Shown here: one piece after another, positions 40,771-49,415 of the stretch
Numbering within the stretch: position 1 is the first letter of the stretch
How the letters are laid out: the number at the start of each line of letters is the position of its first letter
Assembly: GCA_963761305.1 (NCBI GenBank)
Contig: CAVXGK010000002.1
Coordinates: 2,304,001-2,368,000, forward strand
Direction: 5' to 3'
Length of the DNA stretch: 64,000 bases
DNA from: an uncultured Gemmatimonadaceae bacterium
GTDB taxonomy: Bacteria > Gemmatimonadota > Gemmatimonadetes > Gemmatimonadales > Gemmatimonadaceae
Made by a program: the position numbers and the translations under genes
The notes under the pieces: model-generated
Told to the model about the DNA's origin: nothing
Seen by the model: the letters and a program-made list of their open reading frames with translations, nothing else
The model's database searches: none

Positions 40771-41714
40771 CGCGCGAGGCGGATCTCTCCGCCATCCGCA
40801 CCATCCCGGTCGCGCGGCGTGCGAACAAGGTGAACGCCGACGAGTTCGCGCAGATCCCGCGCGACGATCGGTCGTTCAACGCCTTCCTCGCTTCGCTGCC
40901 CGACGTGCTCGTCGCGCGCGATTTCATCGCCGTCGTCGACGCGATCGTCGAGGCCGCGTGCCGCCAGCGCGGCGTCGTCGCCATGCTCGGCGGCCACATC
41001 GTGAAGACCGGCATCTCGCCGCTCCTCATCGACCTGATGCGACGACGCGTCATCACACACATCGCGATGAACGGCTCGGCGGCGATTCACGACTACGAGG
41101 TCGCGCGATTCGGCGCCACGTCGGAAGACGTCGCCGCCGGATTGCGCGACGGCACGTTCGGCATGGCCGAAGAAACCGGGCGCGAGATGAACGGCGCTTT
41201 CGTCGACGGCATGCGCGCGCAGCAGGGGATGGGCGAAGCGCTCGGCCGCGCCCTCGTCGCGCGAACGGATCTCGCGCACCCGGAGATGTCGATACTGCGC
41301 GCCGCGACCGAGCTCGGTGTTCCCGCGACGGTGCACGCCGCGCTCGGCGCCGAGATCATCCATCAACACCCGGCCGCGAGTGGCGCCGCGATCGGCGACA
41401 CGAGCCACCGCGACTTTCGCCGTCTTGCCGCGTCGCTCATCGACATCGACGACGGCGGCGTGGTGCTCAACCTCGGCAGCGCGGTGATCATGCCCGAGGT
41501 GTTTCTCAAGGCGCTCACCATCGCACGCAACCTGAACGATGGCCGCCCGCGCAGCTTCGTGTCCGCGGACTTCGACATGCAGCGCCATTATCGTCCCCGC
41601 GTAAACGTCGTACAGCGCCCGACGCTGGACAGCGGGAAAGGCTACGAGATTACCGGCCACCACGAGATCATGATTCCGCTGTTGGTGTGGGCCGTGGTAG
41701 GTCGCCTGGGGTAA
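40767..41714 (+). CDS. Deoxyhypusine-synthase-like fold protein of unknown function; start uncertain (CTG 40767 or GTG 40830)
   Basis: GGHIVKTG, AMNGSAAIHD, FGMAEETG, NLGSAVIMPEVFLK, GHHEIM. Confidence 0.7.
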   Translation: MTREADLSAIRTIPVARRANKVNADEFAQIPRDDRSFNAFLASLPDVLVARDFIAVVDAIVEAACRQRGVVAMLGGHIVKTGISPLLIDLMRRRVITHIAMNGSAAIHDYEVARFGATSEDVAAGLRDGTFGMAEETGREMNGAFVDGMRAQQGMGEALGRALVARTDLAHPEMSILRAATELGVPATVHAALGAEIIHQHPAASGAAIGDTSHRDFRRLAASLIDIDDGGVVLNLGSAVIMPEVFLKALTIARNLNDGRPRSFVSADFDMQRHYRPRVNVVQRPTLDSGKGYEITGHHEIMIPLLVWAVVGRLG

Positions 41715-41718
41715 GGCG

Positions 41719-41774
41719 GGTGGACCGGTGGACCGGTGGACCGGTGGACCGGTGGACCGGTGGACCGGTGGACC
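41719..41774 (+). repeat. (GGTGGACC)x7 perfect tandem array
   Basis: Read directly; starts 4 nt after the stop at 41714. Confidence 0.95.
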
Positions 41775-41816
41775 CGATAAGACCAACGGAGTCCACGCGA
41801 GTAAGTCAGCCGGAAG

Positions 41817-41884
41817 GCTCAAGCTGAAAGCTCAAGCTGAAAGCTCAAGCTGAAAGCTCAAGCTGAAAGCTCCCAGCTTTCAGC
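41817..41884 (+). repeat. (GCTCAAGCTGAAA)x4 plus an inverted partial copy
   Basis: Four perfect 13-mers at 41817-41868; GCTGAAAGCT-ccc-AGCTTTCAGC hairpin. Confidence 0.92.
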
Positions 41885-41974
41885 CTCTGAGCCGCCGTTC
41901 GCGTTGCTCGAGGCGAGCGCTGGGAGCTTCAATCACTTTCGACGGTCGCAGTCCGCGGCGCGGTCCACCGCCCC

Positions 41975-42196
41975 TTACGGTCGACCCGACCACCGTTCTC
42001 TGAGATTTCTCGCCGTGTCCGGACTGACGATACGGATCACGAAGTAGATCGCTAAGAGAACCAAACCCACCTTGAGCGCTATGAACAACAGCGCTACGAA
42101 CAGGCCTACGGCGAGGCCGAAAATCCCGAGGATGAATCTGAGGGCGATCAGGCCCAGTACGGCGAACAGCCCGATCGAAAAGATTGTGCGGAGCAT
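41975..42196 (-). CDS. Small membrane protein, 73 aa
   Basis: GGAG upstream; MLRTIFSIGLFAVLGLIALRFILGIFG...ISPDTARNLRERW. Confidence 0.75.
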   Translation of the reverse strand: MLRTIFSIGLFAVLGLIALRFILGIFGLAVGLFVALLFIALKVGLVLLAIYFVIRIVSPDTARNLRERWSGRP

Positions 42197-42287
42197 TGCG
42201 GAATCTCCAGAAGAACGAAGAACCAACAGGTCCTGCTCTCTACCGTACGATCTTCCTCGCCTAACTGTTTCAGACCGAGTTTTTCTA

Positions 42288-42314
42288 CCCGTCCACCCGT
42301 CCACCCGTCCACCC
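42288..42314 (+). repeat. Octamer array (CGTCCACC)x3 with four CCC tracts
   Basis: CCCGTCCACCCGTCCACCCGTCCACCC immediately before GTG 42315. Confidence 0.9.
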
Positions 42315-43391
42315 GTGTTTGACGTCGCCATCGTCGGAAACGGCGTCATCGGCCTCTCCACCGCGCTCGAGCTCGCGCACGGCGGAGCCTCCTGCGCGCT
42401 GATCGGCCGTTCAGAACAGGGCGCGGGATCGGGCGCGGCCGCAGGTATTCTGGCACCATCGGCCGGCCAGCGCGATGCCGGGACGCGTGCTTTTTTCCGC
42501 CACAGCCTCGACCTCTTCCCCGCGTTCCTCGCGCCTCTGCGCGAGATCGACCCGGGCCTCGCAATTCTGGAGGGCTTGCTCGAGGTCGTCTCGTCTCGCT
42601 GGCAGCACCCAGATCTGGGCGACGGGTCGCGCCTCCTGAGTGAGGCCGATGTCCGTCGCAGCGAACCCGCGTTGAACGCACCGTTCGGCGCGATGCTACA
42701 TCCCCGCGACGGCGCCGTCGACAGCACGCGCCTCATGACGGCTCTGCGACAGGCGGCGGTGCGACACCCGCGGATCACGCTCGTCGCGGGCATCGGCGCA
42801 GCCGGCATCGACGTCGAGCGTTCCCCCGCGCGCGTTCTCCTGCGCGACGGCGCCCCGATTTCCGCCAACGCCGTCGTGCTCGCCGCCGGCGCATGGTCGC
42901 CCCAGATCGGCGGGTTGCCGCGGGCCGTGCCCGTCTTTCCGGTCAAAGGCCAGATGATCGCCCTCGACGCTCGCGATGTCATTTACCATCCGGTGATGAG
43001 CGATCACGTCTATCTCGTGCCGCGCGGAAGTGAGCTCGTCGTCGGCGCGACGAGCGAAGACGCGGGATTCGACACCAGCACCACCGACGAGGCCGCGCAC
43101 TCGCTGTACGCCGCGGCGATCGCGATCTGCCCTTCACTCGCAGACGCTCGCATCGCGCGCCGCTGGTCCGGCCTCCGCCCGGCGACGGCGGATCTACTCC
43201 CCATCCTCGGCCGCGACCCCGAGTACCCGTCGCTGATTTACGCGTGCGGACACTCCAGAAACGGAATCCTTCTCGCCCCCGCGACAGCCGAAGCGGTGCG
43301 CTCGATCTGCGAGGAGTCGGGGACGCTGCATCCGACGGTGGCCGGCCTCTCCATCACACGCTTCGTCGGCGCTAAACAGAGCGCCGGGTAG
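42315..43391 (+). CDS. FAD-dependent oxidoreductase, glycine oxidase (ThiO/DadA) family
   Basis: VGNGVIG, SGAAAGIL, AAGAWS, PVKGQ, WSGLRP, GHSRNGILLAP. Confidence 0.88.
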   Translation: MFDVAIVGNGVIGLSTALELAHGGASCALIGRSEQGAGSGAAAGILAPSAGQRDAGTRAFFRHSLDLFPAFLAPLREIDPGLAILEGLLEVVSSRWQHPDLGDGSRLLSEADVRRSEPALNAPFGAMLHPRDGAVDSTRLMTALRQAAVRHPRITLVAGIGAAGIDVERSPARVLLRDGAPISANAVVLAAGAWSPQIGGLPRAVPVFPVKGQMIALDARDVIYHPVMSDHVYLVPRGSELVVGATSEDAGFDTSTTDEAAHSLYAAAIAICPSLADARIARRWSGLRPATADLLPILGRDPEYPSLIYACGHSRNGILLAPATAEAVRSICEESGTLHPTVAGLSITRFVGAKQSAG

Positions 43392-43846
43392 GCAAAGAGA
43401 CTCGGATCGCTCACGCTTTAGCGGCGAGCACCACCCGGTGCGTCAGCCGCCACTCCCCGATCCATCGCTCTGCACGCCGTCACGATCGCCCTGCTCGTCA
43501 TTTCCTTCGTCGCCGACGCCGGTCCGGTCGCGACATCGGTCACTCCAACGCGAAGTGACCGCCACCCACCGACAACACCGTCGCGCGCCAGGAACTCGGC
43601 GCCCCGTCGGTCGGCCGCGCCTCGTTCCAAGACCGTCGGCCCGGGGTCTGACGACGACGATCCACCGCGCCGAACTCTCGATCATCGAGGTCGCGTGCGC
43701 TCGGCGCCCACGTCCGTTCCAAATCGCGAGTGTTCGTCCGACGTCGCCACGCGTCGAGAGCGCTCCGCAGCGCGCACGCATCGCCGCGGATCGCGTTCCG
43801 GTCGCAACGCACTGACGCCACACGACACCGCGCCTCAGCACGATCG

Positions 43847-44014
43847 CCACGGATCGAAGAACGCCCGCACGGGATCGACGTTCGCCGGCACCGGATCGAA
43901 GTCCGCCGGCACCGGATCGAAGTCCGCCGGCACCGGATCGAAGTCCGCCAGCACCGGATCGAAGTCTGACAGCAACGGATCAAAGTCCGACAGCACCGGA
44001 TGGAAGTCCGACTC
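43847..44014. repeat. 21-bp tandem repeat x8 (consensus CACCGGATCGAAGTCCGCCGG)
   Basis: Eight contiguous units, most conserved in the middle and more divergent at both ends; no spacers. Confidence 0.92.
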
Positions 44015-44791
44015 CGACCGACCGCAATACGCGCGCGAACCCCACGCGTCCCGTCCTCTTCTCGCGCACCGACTCCACGACGCGCTTCGCCACTGACGCT
44101 CGAGCCACTCGCACACCGACCCGCGCCTTTGCTCGGCGAACGACGCCCCGCGCGTCCATCACCGCGTCTCCCGCTCCGCGGACAGGCGCTCGAGCAAACC
44201 TTCGCATTCCCCGGTGCTCGGCCCCATCAGCCAAGGGCAACGCGTCCTCGACCGGAACGGCGATCCATGGGGCGCCCTCAACCGGTCGCCATACCGCGCC
44301 ATTCTCGACAACGTCGCGTCGATGTTCAGCTGCGGCGCCATCAGCCAGACCACGTCCAAGCGCGTCGCGCCCTCGCGCCGGCCGAGAATCGCGTCCTCCG
44401 CAAAGTGCTCGAGCTCGACCACGTGCGACCGACCGCGCGGTCCTCGCAGCGCAGCTCCGTCAGGGCCCGGATTTCTTCGCGCGCACAGGGGCACCAAGAC
44501 GAGCAACCCGCGCGCACTCGTCGCGCGGGGCGGCGGAACGGGCGGCGACGCGTGATCGCACGTCTCGACGTTCGTCGCCGCCGACCTGTCGCCGGATTCT
44601 CTCACCATGCGTCGCGACTCAGCCGCCTTACCGGCCGCCGCCGTCGCCCCCCGCGGCGGCACGAAGCCCATTGCCCATCCCGTCCACCGTCCACCGTCGT
44701 CCACATAACTTTCAATACCATCTTGACCAGTTACCTCATTCTTCCAGACCCTAACCTGAACCCATAGATTATTCCCGCCCAACTGTTTCCG

Positions 44792-44877
44792 GGCTCCAGC
44801 TCAAGGCTCCAGCTCAAGGCTCCAGCTCAAGGCTCCAGCTCAAGGCTCCAGCTCAAGGCTCCAGCTCAAGGCTCCAG
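44792..44877 (+). repeat. (GGCTCCAGCTCAA)x6 plus a partial unit
   Basis: Perfect 13-mers read directly, upstream of lipA. Confidence 0.95.
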
Positions 44878-44898
44878 ACCTAGCTCGACCTCCGCTAC

Positions 44899-44930
44899 CG
44901 TCCACCCGTCCACCCGCCAACCAGGCCACC
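44899..44930 (+). repeat. Octamer array x4 (degenerate)
   Basis: CGTCCACC CGTCCACC CGCCAACC AGGCCACC; 7 nt before the lipA TTG. Confidence 0.8.
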
Positions 44931-44937
44931 CGCTCTC

Positions 44938-45846
44938 TTGTCCGAACCACTGTACCAGATCATTGGCCGCCACCGCGCCGAACCGCTCCCCGAGCGTAAG
45001 CCCGGTTGGCTGAAGGTTCGCGCCCCGGGCGGTCCGCAGTATCTCCGCCTCAAGCACCTGATGCGCGAGCTGAACCTGCACACGGTCTGCGAAGAGGCGC
45101 ATTGCCCGAACGTCGGCGAGTGCTGGGAGCACGGCACCGCGACGTTCATGATCCTCGGCGACGTCTGCACGCGGAACTGCGCCTATTGCGCCGTCGCCCA
45201 CGGCCGGCCGCCCAAGTACGACATCGACGAGCCCGCGCGCGTCGCCGACGCTATCGGCGAGATGCAGCTGCGACACGCCGTCATCACCTCGGTCGATCGC
45301 GACGACCTTCCCGATTTCGGCGCGTACATCTTCGCCGAGACGATTCGGCAGATCAAACGGCGGCTCCCCGACTGCTCGGTCGAAGTGCTCGTGCCTGATT
45401 TTCAAGGCAACGAGGACTCGATTCGCACCGTGCTCGAGGCGGGTCCCGACATCTACAATCACAACACCGAGACGGTGCCGCGTCTCTACAAGAAGTGCCG
45501 GCCCGGCGGACGCTACGAACGCGTGATGCAGATCTTTCGCACCTCCAAGCGTCTCGCGCCCGACATCCCGACCAAGACCGGAATCATCCTCGGCATGGGT
45601 GAGGCGCTCGAGGAAGTCGAAGTCGTGATGCGCGACCTGCGCGCCGTCGACGTCGACATTCTGACACTAGGCCAGTATCTCCGCCCATCAGCCTCGCACA
45701 TTCCGATCGACCGCTACGTGACGCCGGACGAGTTCCGCCACCTACGGGAGATCGGCATGGGCATGGGATTCAAGCACGTCGAGTCCGGCCCGCTCGTTCG
45801 ATCCAGCTATCACGCCTGGGAGCAGGTACAGGCGGCAGGAGTGTGA
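44938..45846 (+). CDS. lipA: Lipoyl synthase
   Basis: CEEAHCPNVGEC, CTRNCAYC, VRSSYHA. Confidence 0.97.
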   Translation: MSEPLYQIIGRHRAEPLPERKPGWLKVRAPGGPQYLRLKHLMRELNLHTVCEEAHCPNVGECWEHGTATFMILGDVCTRNCAYCAVAHGRPPKYDIDEPARVADAIGEMQLRHAVITSVDRDDLPDFGAYIFAETIRQIKRRLPDCSVEVLVPDFQGNEDSIRTVLEAGPDIYNHNTETVPRLYKKCRPGGRYERVMQIFRTSKRLAPDIPTKTGIILGMGEALEEVEVVMRDLRAVDVDILTLGQYLRPSASHIPIDRYVTPDEFRHLREIGMGMGFKHVESGPLVRSSYHAWEQVQAAGV

Positions 45847-45894
45847 GGTCCCGTCATGCCCGGCAGCGACGTTTCCGACTTTGAGTCTTCCACA

Positions 45895-46962
45895 ATGCCC
45901 AAGAAGAAGTCTCCCCCCGAACCTTCCACGAACGGCAACGCACCGGCCTCGAGCGCCGAGCTGAACCACGAGCTTCTGCACTCGATGCTGCTTCAACGCC
46001 GCTTCGAGGAGCGCTGCGCCGAGGCGTACGCACTCGGCAAGATCGGTGGGTTCTGTCACCTGTACATCGGGCAAGAGGCGGTGAGCACCGGCGTGCTCTC
46101 GTCGCTGCGACCCGACGACTACGTGATCACGACGTACCGCGACCACGGCCAGGCGCTCGCGCGCGGGATGGCTCCGCGCACCGTGATGTCGGAGTTGTTC
46201 GGCCGCATCGACGGATGCGCGCGCGGGAAGGGCGGCTCGATGCACATGTTCGACAAGAGCCTCAACTTCCTTGGCGGGCACGGCATCGTCGGCGCGAACG
46301 TGCCGTTGGCGACCGGCGTCGCGTTCGCGATCAAGTATCGCGGCGGCGACCAGGTGTGCGCCTGCTTCATCGGCGAGTCGGTGGTGAACACCGGCGCGTT
46401 TCACGAGGCGCTCAACATGGCGGGGCTGTGGAAGCTGCCCGTCGTATACATCATCGAGAACAACCGCTACGGCATGGGCACGGCGTTGGAGCGCGCGTCG
46501 GCAATTCATGACATCTATGAACGTGGTGCCTCGTACAACATGTCCAGAGCAGTGTGCGACGGGCAGGACGTGTTCGAGGTGCGGGCCGCCGTGCAGAAGG
46601 CGATCGATCGCGCGCGCACGGAGTCCACGCCGACGCTGCTCGAGGTGCGCACCTATCGGTTCATGGGCCACTCGATGTCCGACGCCGTGAGCGGTACGTA
46701 CCGCACCAAGGCCGAGCTCGAGGAGCACATGAAGCGCGATCCGATCGTGCTGCTCCGCTCGTACATGATGGACAACGGCGAGCTGACCGACGAGGACCTT
46801 CACAAGTTGGACGACGAGCTCAAGGCTGTCGTGCAGGACGCGTGGGATTTCGCCGACAAGAGTCCCGAGCCGCCGCTCGAGGCGCTCTACGAAGACGTCT
46901 ACGTCGACACGACGAGCGACACGACCAGCGACTCCAACGCCAACGCCGACGCCGTCGCCTGA
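45895..46962 (+). CDS. pdhA: Pyruvate dehydrogenase E1 alpha
   Basis: GFCHLYIGQEA, YRDHG, GGSMH, TYRFMGHSMSD. Confidence 0.95.
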   Translation: MPKKKSPPEPSTNGNAPASSAELNHELLHSMLLQRRFEERCAEAYALGKIGGFCHLYIGQEAVSTGVLSSLRPDDYVITTYRDHGQALARGMAPRTVMSELFGRIDGCARGKGGSMHMFDKSLNFLGGHGIVGANVPLATGVAFAIKYRGGDQVCACFIGESVVNTGAFHEALNMAGLWKLPVVYIIENNRYGMGTALERASAIHDIYERGASYNMSRAVCDGQDVFEVRAAVQKAIDRARTESTPTLLEVRTYRFMGHSMSDAVSGTYRTKAELEEHMKRDPIVLLRSYMMDNGELTDEDLHKLDDELKAVVQDAWDFADKSPEPPLEALYEDVYVDTTSDTTSDSNANADAVA

Positions 46963-46972
46963 GTCTCACACA

Positions 46973-47953
46973 ATGCCAGTCATCACATACAGAGACGCAC
47001 TGAACGCGGCGCTTCGTGAAGAGATGCAGCGCGACGACCGGGTCTTCCTCATGGGAGAGGAAGTCGCCGTCTACCAGGGCGCGTACAAGGTCTCGAAGGG
47101 ATTGCTCCAGGAATTCGGTGAGATGCGCGTCGTCGACACGCCGATCACCGAGCTCGGATTCGCCGGCGTGGGCGTCGGCGCGGCGATGGTCGGCCTGCGT
47201 CCGATCATCGAGTTCATGACGTGGAACTTCGCCGTGCTCGCGCTCGACCAGGTGCTCAATTCCGCGGCGAAGATGCTCTATATGTCGGGCGGCCAGTTCA
47301 ACATCCCGATCGTCTTCCGCGGTCCCAACGGCGCCGCGCTGCAACTGTCGGCGCAGCACTCGCAGGCGTTCGAGTCCTGGCTCTCGCACATCCCGGGCAT
47401 CAAGGTCATCTCGCCCAGCACGCCCTACGATGCCAAGGGGTTGCTCAAGTCGGCGATTCGGGACGACAACCCGGTGTGCTTTCTCGAAGGCGAGATGCTC
47501 TACAACATCAAGGGCGAAGTGCCCGACGAGGAGTATCTGATTCCGATCGGCAAAGCGGATCTCAAGCGCGAAGGCGACCACGCGACGATCGTCGCGGCCG
47601 GCAAGATGGCGCTCGTCGCGATGCAGGCCGCCGACCAGTTGGCGAAGGACGGCATCAACGTGGACGTCCTCGATCTGCGCACCGTGCGTCCGATGGACGT
47701 CGAGGCGATCAAGGCGTCGGTGCAAAAAACCAATCGCGCCGTCGTGCTCGAGGAAGGGTGGGAGATCGCCGGCATCGGCGCGCAGGTCGTGGACTACATC
47801 CAGCGCGACTGTTTCGATTCGCTCGATGCGCCGGTGCTCCGCGTGCACCAGGCCGACGTGCCGATGCCCTACGCCAAGAATCTCGAACGCGCCGCCAAAC
47901 CCGACGCCGCCAAGACGGTCGCGGCGGTTCGCAAAGTCATGTACCTGGAGTAG
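46973..47953 (+). CDS. pdhB: Pyruvate dehydrogenase E1 beta
   Basis: DTPITE, EFMTWNF, FRGPNG, AQHSQ. Confidence 0.95.
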   Translation: MPVITYRDALNAALREEMQRDDRVFLMGEEVAVYQGAYKVSKGLLQEFGEMRVVDTPITELGFAGVGVGAAMVGLRPIIEFMTWNFAVLALDQVLNSAAKMLYMSGGQFNIPIVFRGPNGAALQLSAQHSQAFESWLSHIPGIKVISPSTPYDAKGLLKSAIRDDNPVCFLEGEMLYNIKGEVPDEEYLIPIGKADLKREGDHATIVAAGKMALVAMQAADQLAKDGINVDVLDLRTVRPMDVEAIKASVQKTNRAVVLEEGWEIAGIGAQVVDYIQRDCFDSLDAPVLRVHQADVPMPYAKNLERAAKPDAAKTVAAVRKVMYLE

Positions 47954-47965
47954 GCACATGCATCC

Positions 47966-47997
47966 CGTCCACCCGTCCACCCGTCCACCGGTCCACC
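47966..47997 (+). repeat. Octamer array x4
   Basis: (CGTCCACC)3 GGTCCACC; 6 nt before the pdhC ATG. Confidence 0.9.
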
Positions 47998-48003
47998 CGT
48001 AAG

Positions 48004-49341
48004 ATGGCCACCAAAGTCTTCATGGAGGCGCTCTCGCCCACGATGGAAGAAGGGCGCCTCGTCAAATGGATGAAGAACGAAGGCGACGCCGTGAAGAGCG
48101 GCGACGTGCTCGCCGAAGTGGAGACGGATAAGGCGGTCATGGAACTGGTCGCGCGCGGCGACGGCGTGCTCCGTAAGCGTCTCGTGAACGAGGGCGACGC
48201 CAGGCCGGTCGGGCAGATGGTGGCGGTTATCGCGGCTCCCGACGAAAACATCGACGCGGTGGTCGCGGAGGCCGGTTCCCAACCGGCGCCCGCCACGGCG
48301 GCTGCGCCGGCCGCCACGGCCCCACAGCAAGCGCCAGCTCCTGCAGCTCCTGCCCCGCCCCCCGCCCCCGCTCCGCCTCCGGCTGCCCCTCCGCCGCCAC
48401 TGCCCCCCGTTAGTTCCGGTCCACCGGTCAACCGCTCCACCGGTCAACCGCCGCAGCCTACCAATGGTGGGCAAGTCAGGTCCTCGCCCCTCGCTCGACG
48501 TCTCGCGTCTGACCGCGGCCTCGACATCTCCGCCGTCCAGGGCTCGGGCCCCGGCGGCCGCATCATCAAGCGCGACATCGAAGCCGCCGCCGCAGCGCCG
48601 TCAGCCGGCCGTCCACCCGTCCACCCGTCCACCCGTCCACCCGAATCGGACTTCGAGGACATTGGGCTGACGCAGATCCGAAAGACGATCGCCAAGCGTC
48701 TCGCGGAATCGATCGGGCCGATCCCGACGTTCTATCTCACCGCCGACATCGACCTCACGCGCGTCACCGAGCTGCGCGCCGCGATGCTCGAGATGGGCGA
48801 CGAGTTCAAGGTCTCGGTCAACGACGTCCTCATGAAGGCCGTCGCCACCGCCCTCGCGCAGCATCCGGAAGTGAACGCGCACTGGCTCGGCGACCGCATC
48901 CGGTATCATCACCGCGTCCACCTCGGCATGGCCGTCGCCACGAACGACGGGCTGATCGTGCCGGTGATCTTCGACGCCGACCGCAAGCGCATGAGCGAGA
49001 TCTCCGCCGAAGCACGCGAGCTCGCCAAGCGCGCGCGCGAACGGAAGCTCAAGCCCGAGGAGTACACGGGCTCCACCTTCTCGATCTCGAACCTCGGCAT
49101 GTTCGGCATCGACCAGTTCACGGCGATCATCAATCCGCCGGAGGTCGGCATTCTCGCGATCGGCACCGCGCACGACGTTGTCGTCCCGACGACGGGTGGA
49201 CGGGACAGCGCGTTCGCCGTTCAGAAACGCCTGCGTCTTACGATGAGCTGCGACCACCGCGCCGTCGACGGCGCCGTCGGCGCCACGTTCCTGCAGACGC
49301 TGAGGCGGCTGATCGAGAACCCGTTGATGCTGGTGTTCTGA
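48004..49341 (+). CDS. pdhC: Pyruvate dehydrogenase E2 dihydrolipoamide acetyltransferase
   Basis: Lipoyl domain VETDKA, PSBD SPLARR...GSGPGGRI, catalytic DHRAVDG. Confidence 0.95.
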   Translation: MATKVFMEALSPTMEEGRLVKWMKNEGDAVKSGDVLAEVETDKAVMELVARGDGVLRKRLVNEGDARPVGQMVAVIAAPDENIDAVVAEAGSQPAPATAAAPAATAPQQAPAPAAPAPPPAPAPPPAAPPPPLPPVSSGPPVNRSTGQPPQPTNGGQVRSSPLARRLASDRGLDISAVQGSGPGGRIIKRDIEAAAAAPSAGRPPVHPSTRPPESDFEDIGLTQIRKTIAKRLAESIGPIPTFYLTADIDLTRVTELRAAMLEMGDEFKVSVNDVLMKAVATALAQHPEVNAHWLGDRIRYHHRVHLGMAVATNDGLIVPVIFDADRKRMSEISAEARELAKRARERKLKPEEYTGSTFSISNLGMFGIDQFTAIINPPEVGILAIGTAHDVVVPTTGGRDSAFAVQKRLRLTMSCDHRAVDGAVGATFLQTLRRLIENPLMLVF

Positions 49342-49355
49342 ACGCTGACGAGAAG

Positions 49356-49393
49356 TCTGACGTCTGATGTCAGAAATCTGACGTCAGATTTCT
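49356..49393. repeat. Heptamer array (TCWGAHN)x5 containing a 22-bp perfect palindrome
   Basis: TCTGACG TCTGATG TCAGAAA TCTGACG TCAGATT; AGAAATCTGACGTCAGATTTCT at 49372-49393; lies between convergent genes. Confidence 0.75.
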
Positions 49394-49415
49394 CCGCTGA
49401 TCCTACCCTTCACGC

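Noticed and set aside
43847..44014. CRISPR array
   Set aside because: The 21-bp units are contiguous with no unique spacers, and no cas genes are in the window.
44159..44782. 207-aa minus-strand ORF as an intact gene
   Set aside because: It starts in repeat-rich DNA, only a short central part looks coding-like, and no family was recognised.
46372..46464. PdhA TPP motif reads GES...NN instead of GDG...NN
   Set aside because: A conservative acidic change with the rest of the motif and operon intact; I recall GE variants in other E1-alpha proteins, so it is not evidence of inactivation.
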